Positions 56,641-64,000 of a stretch of 64,000 bases of DNA are shown piece after piece. The stretch comes from an uncultured Muribaculaceae bacterium (GTDB lineage Bacteria; Cyanobacteriota; Vampirovibrionia; Gastranaerophilales; Gastranaerophilaceae). The stretch spans positions 39,103 through 103,102 of the forward strand of contig CAZBFV010000001.1 of assembly GCA_964491345.1 (NCBI GenBank), in the 5' to 3' direction. Position 1 is the first letter of the stretch. Every line of letters begins with the position of its first letter. A model generated the notes under the pieces. That model was not told the origin of the DNA. It saw only the letters and a list, made by a program, of their open reading frames with translations, and did not search any database. A program made the position numbers and the translations under genes.

Positions 56641-56725
56641 TTATATTTCTTTGCAAAAAAGATGCCTGTATTTTTTCTTCCGCTGTATAATTGCGAGCCG
56701 GATTTTGAACACAAAATTACATTGA

Positions 56726-56751
56726 AAAAGCTTCATTTATATGAAGCTTTT
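56726..56751. terminator. bidirectional intrinsic terminator
   Basis: AAAAGCTTCAT-TTAT-ATGAAGCTTTT perfect 11-bp stem flanked by A- and T-runs. It lies 28 nt downstream of the minus-strand gene ending at 56779. Confidence 0.75.
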
Positions 56752-56778
56752 TATATATAAAAATATTAAGGAGGATTA

Positions 56779-57147
56779 TTATACCGAAAATGTCATTAAA
56801 GCTCTTACTGAACGGGCAGTATTTCTGACTTCTTCATCGGAATGAAGCTTTATTGTATCATCTAATATTTTTATAGCTTCTGATTTATCTTTTAATGATA
56901 ATAATTCATTTATTGAAGCCATTGCTACTCTTGCACTCAAGTCATTTATGCCTTTGCCTTTTGATATAAGAACTACTCTTAATGATTCATGCGTATTCTT
57001 TTTAATCAGAGTCTGGGCAGTTATTTCTCTTATTTCGTCATCAGGCGAATTTGTACCAATCTCTGTTAATACTTCAATTGCTGATTTTGCGTCCTGATGC
57101 TCGCCCAATGCCTGTATTATATTTCTGATTTTTTTATTGTCTTCCAT
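56779..57147 (-). CDS. HEAT-repeat protein (PBS-lyase HEAT-like)
   Basis: 122 aa. Repeated helical hairpins with ..DDEIREITAQTL.. and ..DEEVRNTARSVRAL.. signatures. Confidence 0.6.
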   Translation of the reverse strand: MEDNKKIRNIIQALGEHQDAKSAIEVLTEIGTNSPDDEIREITAQTLIKKNTHESLRVVLISKGKGINDLSARVAMASINELLSLKDKSEAIKILDDTIKLHSDEEVRNTARSVRALMTFSV

Positions 57148-57162
57148 TTTTTTCTCCCTTTT

Positions 57163-57654
57163 TTAAGCTGATGTTTTTTCTGCCGTTTCATTTTCTTCAG
57201 GCATCAAGTTCTGCCACATGGTTTTTAAATCTTCTACAGGCTGTTTTGTCAGATTTTTAACGCTGTATTGTCTGTCCGGAAATAATTTGTTTTTTATCCC
57301 TTCCATATCAATCGAAATCTCGGTGTTTCCTATTTTTTCCAATGAATCGCAAAAATCTGTTGTAATTTTTTTGCCAAATGATATTACCGAATTTATTCTT
57401 GATTTAAATGCTTCATTAAAATTATTAATACCGCTTACTACTGCGCTTGCAAATAGTTTTCCTTTTTCAGCGATGCCGTTTGAATTTTTGTCTTTATTCC
57501 CCTTTTCATTTACAAATACATCAGCCTGAATAACATTTCCTTTAAAACTTACGCCGAAAGGATTGGTTGTTAATTTATTTGTATTTTGTTTTTTTTGTGC
57601 ATCTGTATTTTGTACTGTATTTGTCCTGTGTAAATTTAGTTTTCCTATCTGCAT
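57163..57654 (-). CDS. hypothetical protein with SFKG-type leader
   Basis: The preferred start is the internal ATG (MQIGKLNLHRTNTV..) at residue 26 of ORF 57163..57729. It contains NPFGVSFKGNVI and a second ISFGKK. It sits 15 nt upstream of the HEAT-repeat gene. Confidence 0.5.
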   Translation of the reverse strand: MQIGKLNLHRTNTVQNTDAQKKQNTNKLTTNPFGVSFKGNVIQADVFVNEKGNKDKNSNGIAEKGKLFASAVVSGINNFNEAFKSRINSVISFGKKITTDFCDSLEKIGNTEISIDMEGIKNKLFPDRQYSVKNLTKQPVEDLKTMWQNLMPEENETAEKTSA

Positions 57655-58032
57655 AACAGTCCTTTCTAATTTTCTGCATTCCTCTTTTTGTATATCTAGA
57701 TTATCATATTTGTTCAATACTAATATCATTCTTTTGATTGAAATTTTAATTTAAAATTGAAATTAATTTTGAACTTTCTGCTCTTTCCGCACGAATTTTT
57801 TATATATTTTTATTACAAAAATATATATTTTATTTTTTCATATTAAAGTTTTTTTTTATATAATCCGATATATATAATGTATATATTTAAAAGGGTTTTT
57901 TATGAAAGAAAAAAATCAAAAATTAGCCGAAAATTTGGAAGTTTTTTTACTCTCATTTAAAGCAGATGTAATAAAAGGGCTTCAGGATTGTTTAAATGCA
58001 GGCAAGCCTGCTTATCAGGTCCTCTAATCTGT

Positions 58033-58659
58033 TCAGCGTAAGTAAGTGTTTTTTTGTTTCTCGTTAAAAATTGTCGTATTCTGCCCGTGTCCCGGATAAA
58101 CAATTGTATTTTCAGGGAGGGGGAATAATTTTTCTTTGATTGAAGCTATCAGCGTATTGTAATTTCCGCCGGCAAGGTCTGTTCTTCCAATGGACATATA
58201 GAATAATGCATCGCCCGAAAATAGTTTATTATCAATATAAAAACTTAAACTGCCCTTTGAGTGTCCCGGGGTTTCAAATATGTTTATTTTATTATTCCCT
58301 ATTGCGAGATTTGAATTTTCGTCTATATAGCCGGTCGGTTTTAAGGGGTCTGTTTTTATATTATACCCCCACATTTTAAGCTCATCTTCGAGTCTGTTGA
58401 AATGATGAAAATCATTTTTATTTATTAATATAGGAATATCAGGATAATTCTTTTGGACTTCAATTTCGCCTGCTATATGGTCAAAATGTCCATGAGTGTT
58501 TAATATGTACTTAATTTTGTATTTATCTTTGTCAAGCGCAGATTTTATACTGCCGAACGAACCGCCCAAATCTATTATTACTGCTTCTTTAGAAAAATTA
58601 TCTTTTAATACGTAAGTATTTACCTGAAGCGGTCCGGTTTGATAAGTTTCAAGCTCCAT
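58033..58659 (-). CDS. MBL-fold metallo-hydrolase (glyoxalase II-like)
   Basis: THGHFDHIAG metal motif, TPGHSKGS, GDALF and YPGHG. Confidence 0.9.
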   Translation of the reverse strand: MELETYQTGPLQVNTYVLKDNFSKEAVIIDLGGSFGSIKSALDKDKYKIKYILNTHGHFDHIAGEIEVQKNYPDIPILINKNDFHHFNRLEDELKMWGYNIKTDPLKPTGYIDENSNLAIGNNKINIFETPGHSKGSLSFYIDNKLFSGDALFYMSIGRTDLAGGNYNTLIASIKEKLFPLPENTIVYPGHGQNTTIFNEKQKNTYLR

Positions 58660-58717
58660 ATTGACTCCTTTTATGAAAGTATATCATAATTGAATGTTAT
58701 TGTGCTATATTTATTAA

Positions 58718-59605
58718 ATGAACAGTTATTCAATTAAAATAAGCAGTTGCCAGGCTGATAAGCTGAAAAATTTTCTTGAAAGCAAAAATGCCGTATTTGA
58801 TGTTGTTCAATATTCAATATGGAGAGCTAAATTATCTTCTTTTCAGGCTGTTTATTATTCAAGCGGAAAATTTCTTATACAAGGGAAAAATATAGATAAT
58901 ATTGTTTCGCAGGCGAAAGTTATTCTTGGAATTCCCGAGGATGAAAAAAATATGAGTTTATTAAATTTTGATTGTGATAAATATATAGGCACCGATGAAT
59001 CGGGCAAGGGGGATTTTTTCGGACCTCTTGTTGTTGCAGGTGTGCAGATTAGCGGGCAAAATAAACAAAAATTTATTGATTTAGGCATTAAAGACAGCAA
59101 AAAACTTAATGATAAAAAAATATTAGAGTTTTCAAACATAATAAAAGCTGACGCCGTCCATTGCACGGTTGTAATCATGCCTGAAAAATACAATGAGTTA
59201 TATTCCGGATTCAATAATTTAAATAAACTTTTAGCATGGGGGCATGCAAGAGTTATCGAGAACATTCTTGAAAAATCCCCTTGTTCTTATGGAATTGCGG
59301 ATAAGTTCGGAGATGAAAGCCTTATTGCAAATGCTTTGCTTTCTAAAGGAAAAAAAATTAATCTGGTCCAGCTGGCAAGGGCGGAAGCCGATATTGCGGT
59401 TGCATCTGCCTCTGTTCTTGCAAGGGCTGAATTTGTTAAACGCATGAATAATTTATCTTTCCGGTATGAAATGGAGTTTCCAAAGGGAGCATCGCCGAAA
59501 GTTATAGAACAGGCTAAAAATTTTATAAATCAATATTCTTACCAAAGGTTAAAAGAAGTTGCAAAAATGAATTTTAAAACTGCTTTAGAGCTGAAAAATC
59601 TATAG
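58718..59605 (+). CDS. rnhC: ribonuclease HIII
   Basis: N-terminal DUF3378-type domain, then GTDESGKGDFFGPLVVAGV, DSKKL and ADKF.. RNase HII/HIII catalytic blocks. Confidence 0.9.
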   Translation: MNSYSIKISSCQADKLKNFLESKNAVFDVVQYSIWRAKLSSFQAVYYSSGKFLIQGKNIDNIVSQAKVILGIPEDEKNMSLLNFDCDKYIGTDESGKGDFFGPLVVAGVQISGQNKQKFIDLGIKDSKKLNDKKILEFSNIIKADAVHCTVVIMPEKYNELYSGFNNLNKLLAWGHARVIENILEKSPCSYGIADKFGDESLIANALLSKGKKINLVQLARAEADIAVASASVLARAEFVKRMNNLSFRYEMEFPKGASPKVIEQAKNFINQYSYQRLKEVAKMNFKTALELKNL

Positions 59606-60301
59606 CGGGGCATTTTTTATCAGGTTATTTGCCCTCGGATATTTGTTGCCGGTGTTTTTCATTTTCTTAAAAATAAGCAGGACCCTGTTATTTTCTTCGT
59701 CTAGCGGTAATTTATATTCTATTTCATCTATCAGCTGAGTATTCAGGATATTTAGTGCATTTTCAGCATTTATAAGTTCTTCACGGGCTTTTTTTGATTT
59801 ATATGCTATAAAATAACCGCCTGTTTTAATGTAGGGAACTGCGTATTCAAGAATAATTCTGAGTTCTGCTAAAGCTCTTGCCGTGGCAATATCATATTTT
59901 TGACGCATATAAACAGGCAGATTTTCAATTCTGTAGCATAGAGGGCAGAAGTTTTTTAAATTAAACTCCTGTTTTACCTGCTGAAGAAAATTAATTTTTT
60001 TATTGGCCGAATCAATTGCAGTAATATTAAATTCAGGATAATTAACTGCCAGAGGCACCGACGGAAATCCTCCCCCCGTTCCTATATCAATAATATCCAA
60101 GTTTATATTTTGTTTAAAATATTTTTTATAAAACAAATTAAATGCCAAGCTGTCGAATATGTGTTTTTGGAAAATCACATTTACATCGTTTCTGCTTATC
60201 AAATTAATTTTTTCATTATACTCCGAAAAAAATTTTATATAGTTTTTAATTTTTTCTGATTTTGTGCTGTTTAATTCAATATCTAAATCTTTCAACTGCA
60301 T
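59600..60301 (-). CDS. rsmG: 16S rRNA (guanine527-N7)-methyltransferase RsmG (GidB)
   Basis: IIDIGTGGGFPSVPLA SAM-binding motif, ARALA, and typical length and context. Confidence 0.92.
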   Translation of the reverse strand: MQLKDLDIELNSTKSEKIKNYIKFFSEYNEKINLISRNDVNVIFQKHIFDSLAFNLFYKKYFKQNINLDIIDIGTGGGFPSVPLAVNYPEFNITAIDSANKKINFLQQVKQEFNLKNFCPLCYRIENLPVYMRQKYDIATARALAELRIILEYAVPYIKTGGYFIAYKSKKAREELINAENALNILNTQLIDEIEYKLPLDEENNRVLLIFKKMKNTGNKYPRANNLIKNAPL

Positions 60302-60302
60302 A

Positions 60303-62846
60303 TTATATATTTTTCTTTATTTCGTTTAATAATCTTGAAAATTCAAGCTCGCCCGATGCCAGTTTTATTCTGTTTATTGATTTATCAATATTCGCAAGCG
60401 TATCGGGATTTATTTGCGGGGGAGCTAAATTTTTTGCTAAAATATACGCTTTTAATGCTTTTTTATAATTTCCTTTTGATTCATACCAGTTTCCTGTTTC
60501 AATATATATTGTAACAGAATAGTTTATATCGTCAAAATGCTTTGATGCTGATAATGCTTTTAAAAGATAATCACACGCTTTTTCGCTGTTCTCATTTTTA
60601 TAAATTCCTGCAAGTCTGATATACGAATAATATAAACCTTCATAGTTGTTTATTTTTTTATCGGCTTCGGCAGATAACTCGTAATATGTTTTTGCAGAAT
60701 TAATATTTCCGTTTTCTATATCAATTTCTGCCAGATTTGAGTATGAAGATGCCAGATATTTATTTTCTTCGGGGCTATCGGATGATTGAACACATCTTAA
60801 ATAATACTTTACGGCTAAATCCGTATTATCATTGTCATCTAATAACAGTGCATATTTGAAATAACATTCCGTAATTAATTTAAAATCGGAACTTTTTTCT
60901 GCCGTCATGAGCGCTTTCCGGACATATTTCACCGCTTCTTGCGAATTAAGAGTGTTATCTTCTATTTCTGCAATATCCAGATATATACGGACTTTAAGTT
61001 CTTCATCCGGAGGAATCGGCGAGTATAGAATTCTGTTGTATGTTTCTTTAGCCTTATCATATTTATAGTTTTCGGCATAAATTTGAGCAATGCTCAGCAA
61101 AATATCATTTGCTTTCTCTGATGATAAATTAAAATACAGCCCGTAAACTTTTTCGTAGCAGTTTATTGCTTGTTCAATGTCTTGTATTTTTTTATAACAT
61201 ACCGCAATTTTTGTATAAATAACCGGTTCTTTTATTTCAAAATTTTCGTCATTTTTGTATGTTAAGGCTTGTTTGTAATATTTTACAGCGTTTGAAAAAT
61301 TAAATACATTTTCGTAATTTCGTGCTATTTCAGCATATTCATCCAAAGAATTTGGAATTTTATCCGTTTCAGTTGTATCATTGCTGATATTTTCTTCATG
61401 TTCTTCCTGCTTTGTAATTGTTTCAAATTTTTTTGCCGTTGTATCATCTGATGAAATTGAATTTAAAAGAAGCGAGTCTTCGTTTGTCAGCTGAAATCTC
61501 TTCTGCTTTTCGGATTTATTTGTTAATTTACCGGCGGATCGTTTCTTTTGGTTCTGTATATTTTCCGTTTGGCTGTATCCGCTTTTATGCGTATATGTCA
61601 TATAAGAAAGCTCGTTTTGGCTTAATAAAGATGTCCTGCCTGTTTTAGCGAGCTCTTCTTCGAGCGTTCCGGCTTTTTTATTATGGTATGCTATCTCCTG
61701 TCGCATTGTAAGCCTTGATAAAAATAACTGCCGTTCAAAAGGTTTTAACGGCAATTCCGCCTCATATACCTCAATAAGATACTTATGAATTCTTATTTGG
61801 GTTTCTGTATTGACTGATTTAATAAATTCATTTTTAATGTAATCTTTCAGATAGTATTTATCATATTTTTTGGATATTATGTGTTTTTGCATCAGAAATG
61901 ATAAATCGTCTTCCGAAGCAAAATTCTGTTCAATAATAAACCGGGCGCTTAATCCGTGTCTTACCGCCGTCAGTAATATCATCAGTTTTAAAAATCTATC
62001 CGTTGAAAGCGTCAATATTTTTGAAATTACAAATTCCAAATAGTTTTTTGCCGATTTTTTATATTCGGCTGAAAAATTTGTTAATGTTATATGCAGTATT
62101 TTTATAATAAATATTGAATATTCAAGCAGAAGATAATGCCCTCTTGTTTCTTTATACAGGTATTCCGTTATAAAATTACCGCCTTCTATCTTATTCTGCT
62201 GAAGATAATCGTACATTTCTTCTTTTGTTACCGCATTTAAAGCATAAGAAAATACCGAGTCCTGATTATATAAATCGTACTGTTTAAAACTTCTTGAAGA
62301 AATTATTATTTTAACTTTTTCATATCTTGAAATATAATTTATAAAGTCAAGCATATCACGCTGGGAATACTTGCTTTTTGTATTTATTTCAAAAGAGTCG
62401 AATATAAACAGCATGGGCAAATTAAAATATTTAATATACGCATTTATTTTTTCCGAAAAAACATAAGTTTCGGATTTAGGCAGTATTATTTTCCTGTCAT
62501 TGTGGTATATTGAAAAATCCTTAAAAAGCGAAAGCAATACATCGTCAAGATTTACTGCATCTTTGTATTCATTTTTGAATATAAGCACATCTTCGCTGAT
62601 AAAATCTAAAATAAAATCAATTACGGAGGTTTTGCCTTCTCCCGCAAATCCGTTAAGAATAAATATATTATTTTCGGATGAACTAAGAAAGTTTATAATT
62701 TGCGATACAGCATAAATATTATGTTTAAGAATAAAACTGTTTTCTTTTTCTTCAATAAAATCATTAAGAATTGAAACATCCGAATTCAATTCCCGGACAA
62801 CAGGATTATAAATGTTTTTTATAAAATTATAATTCATATCTGCCAT
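60303..62846 (-). CDS. P-loop NTPase (STAND/AAA-like) fused to a long TPR array
   Basis: Walker A ILNGFAGEGKTSV, Walker B-like MLFIFDSFE, a central S/T/E/K-rich linker, and a C-terminal ~330 aa of TPR-like repeats (..AVKYYKQAL.., ..AINCYEKVY.., ..AKETYNRIL.., ..AKTYYELSA.., ..ALKAYILAK..). Confidence 0.75.
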   Translation of the reverse strand: MADMNYNFIKNIYNPVVRELNSDVSILNDFIEEKENSFILKHNIYAVSQIINFLSSSENNIFILNGFAGEGKTSVIDFILDFISEDVLIFKNEYKDAVNLDDVLLSLFKDFSIYHNDRKIILPKSETYVFSEKINAYIKYFNLPMLFIFDSFEINTKSKYSQRDMLDFINYISRYEKVKIIISSRSFKQYDLYNQDSVFSYALNAVTKEEMYDYLQQNKIEGGNFITEYLYKETRGHYLLLEYSIFIIKILHITLTNFSAEYKKSAKNYLEFVISKILTLSTDRFLKLMILLTAVRHGLSARFIIEQNFASEDDLSFLMQKHIISKKYDKYYLKDYIKNEFIKSVNTETQIRIHKYLIEVYEAELPLKPFERQLFLSRLTMRQEIAYHNKKAGTLEEELAKTGRTSLLSQNELSYMTYTHKSGYSQTENIQNQKKRSAGKLTNKSEKQKRFQLTNEDSLLLNSISSDDTTAKKFETITKQEEHEENISNDTTETDKIPNSLDEYAEIARNYENVFNFSNAVKYYKQALTYKNDENFEIKEPVIYTKIAVCYKKIQDIEQAINCYEKVYGLYFNLSSEKANDILLSIAQIYAENYKYDKAKETYNRILYSPIPPDEELKVRIYLDIAEIEDNTLNSQEAVKYVRKALMTAEKSSDFKLITECYFKYALLLDDNDNTDLAVKYYLRCVQSSDSPEENKYLASSYSNLAEIDIENGNINSAKTYYELSAEADKKINNYEGLYYSYIRLAGIYKNENSEKACDYLLKALSASKHFDDINYSVTIYIETGNWYESKGNYKKALKAYILAKNLAPPQINPDTLANIDKSINRIKLASGELEFSRLLNEIKKNI

Positions 62847-62955
62847 ATTATAATATAATACCCTTTTTAAAATCTGCTAAACAGTTGATTTGTGTACAAA
62901 AAAAATAATCTGTGATAGTATTAATCTATGAAGTATCTGTTAAAGGATTTATATT

Positions 62956-63606
62956 TTGAAAAATATAATAACGGCTCATGAAGCCGCAAAATTAATAAAA
63001 AGTAACTCTGTAATTATGGTAGGGGGCTTTTTAAGCTGCGGTGTTCCTGATGAAATTATAGATGCTGTAATTGCTCAAAAAATAAATAATTTGACAATGA
63101 TATGCAATGATACTTCATTTGCTGATGCAGATAAGGGAAAACTTATTGCAAACAACCTCGTAAAAAAAGTTATAACGACACATATCGGCACGAATCCGGT
63201 TACAGGCGAGAAAATGCACTCAGGACAGCTGGAAGTCGAATTTTACCCTATGGGGACGCTCGTTGAAAAAATTCATGCCAAAGGTTCAGGATTAGGCGGA
63301 GTCCTCACTCCTACAGGCATAGGAACTATTCTTGAAAACGGCAAAAAAACAGTAGAAATAAAAGGCAAAAAATATATTTTTGAAGAACCTTTAGGCGCTG
63401 ATTTTGCGATAATTTACGGAACGGTTGTCGATAGGTACGGAAATGTTAAATTTGAAGGAACAACAAGAAATTTTAATACGTCAATGGCGACGGCTGCAGA
63501 TACCGTTATAGTTCAGGCAGATAAAATCGTCGAGTGCTTAAATCCTGATGAAGTTGTTATTCCGGGAATTTTTATTGATTATATTGTTAAACGCAGGGGG
63601 CAGTAA
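62956..63606 (+). CDS. 3-oxoacid / acetate CoA-transferase subunit A
   Basis: TTG start. IMVGGFLSCGVPDEII, GTNP and EFYPMGTLVEKIHAKGSGLGGVLTPTGIGT match the CoA-transferase family I alpha subunit. Confidence 0.9.
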   Translation: MKNIITAHEAAKLIKSNSVIMVGGFLSCGVPDEIIDAVIAQKINNLTMICNDTSFADADKGKLIANNLVKKVITTHIGTNPVTGEKMHSGQLEVEFYPMGTLVEKIHAKGSGLGGVLTPTGIGTILENGKKTVEIKGKKYIFEEPLGADFAIIYGTVVDRYGNVKFEGTTRNFNTSMATAADTVIVQADKIVECLNPDEVVIPGIFIDYIVKRRGQ

Positions 63607-64000
63607 ATGTTTTTAGCTTATAAAACCTTATCAAAGGATGAAATAAAAGAAATAATAGCCAAAAGAACTGCAAAAGAATTCAAAAAGAATGATATAGTAA
63701 CTTTAGGAATAGGTCTGCCTACGGAAGCCGTTAATTATGTTAATGATGATATGCAGATTATATTTCAGTCCGAAAACGGGATTTTAGGTCTCGGCAGGCT
63801 TCAAAAAGGTCCGGATTATAATACAAAAGTGGTTAATGCCGGCGGTGCTTATGTTAATGTTATAAAAGGCGCTTCTTTTTACGATTCTCAAATGGCTTTT
63901 ACCATTATGCGGGGCGGACATATAGATGCTACCGTTTTAGGCGCCCTGCAGGCAGATGAACAGGGAAGCATTGCAAGCTGGCAGATCCCCGGTAAATTTG
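63607..64000 (+). CDS. 3-oxoacid / acetate CoA-transferase subunit B (3' end outside the window)
   Basis: The ATG follows directly after the subunit A stop. IAKRTAKEFKKNDIVTLGIGLPT, SENGILGLG and GGHIDATVLGALQ (expected beta-subunit blocks). Open to the window edge. Confidence 0.88.
   Translation, partial: MFLAYKTLSKDEIKEIIAKRTAKEFKKNDIVTLGIGLPTEAVNYVNDDMQIIFQSENGILGLGRLQKGPDYNTKVVNAGGAYVNVIKGASFYDSQMAFTIMRGGHIDATVLGALQADEQGSIASWQIPGKF

Noticed and set aside
56543-56725. 60-aa ORF (TTG start) across the polypurine tracts
   Set aside because: The translation is dominated by K/E/G runs produced by the G/A tracts, and it runs into the terminator hairpin. It is an artefact of composition.

Overview
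This is a 64 kb, AT-rich (roughly one-third G+C by eye), densely coding chromosomal segment. I call about 63 CDS, one tRNA (tRNA-Arg, anticodon ACG) and several intrinsic terminators. I saw no rRNA, CRISPR array, transposase, integrase or phage structural genes.

Most genes are core housekeeping:
- tRNA/rRNA modification and translation: mnmG, rsmG, mtaB-like, serS, fmt, rnhC, rimI
- Isoprenoid and aromatic biosynthesis: dxr, aroQ
- Branched-chain amino acids: ilvBN and ilvC, arranged divergently
- Proline: proBA
- Cofactors and nucleotides: pdxJ, folE2, coaE, tmk, hemW
- Redox: trxB

Envelope genes indicate a diderm cell: lptB plus an lptF/G-family permease, a GT9 heptosyltransferase, Skp/OmpH, RseP and manC. 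An LdpA-like Fe-S protein and a Ycf23/DUF561 protein are cyanobacterial/plastid signature families. With no photosynthesis genes present, they suggest (inference only) a non-photosynthetic cyanobacterial relative (Melainabacteria/Vampirovibrionia-like) or a similar gut or uncultured lineage.

Observations worth follow-up:
1. Four otherwise unrelated proteins share a polar N-terminal leader ending in [VP]SF[GK]. Two are divergent glycogen-type enzymes (GH77 4-alpha-glucanotransferase-like and GlgC-like nucleotidyltransferase). The other two are an 890-aa orphan and a 164-aa orphan.
2. The 890-aa orphan has a C-terminal ~85 aa that looks like a RelE/DUF4258-type module.
3. An ATPase-less OLD-type Toprim protein stands alone.
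4. A Walker A/B NTPase-TPR protein of 847 aa sits directly upstream of rsmG.
5. An anomalous, GC-enriched noncoding tract of ~0.5 kb lies downstream of proA.
6. Long G/C homopolymers and polypurine/polypyrimidine tracts recur in several intergenic regions.
7. A ~164-nt element closed by a 10-bp stem lies between two convergent genes.

All functional calls rest on motif recognition from the translated ORFs. No database search was possible.
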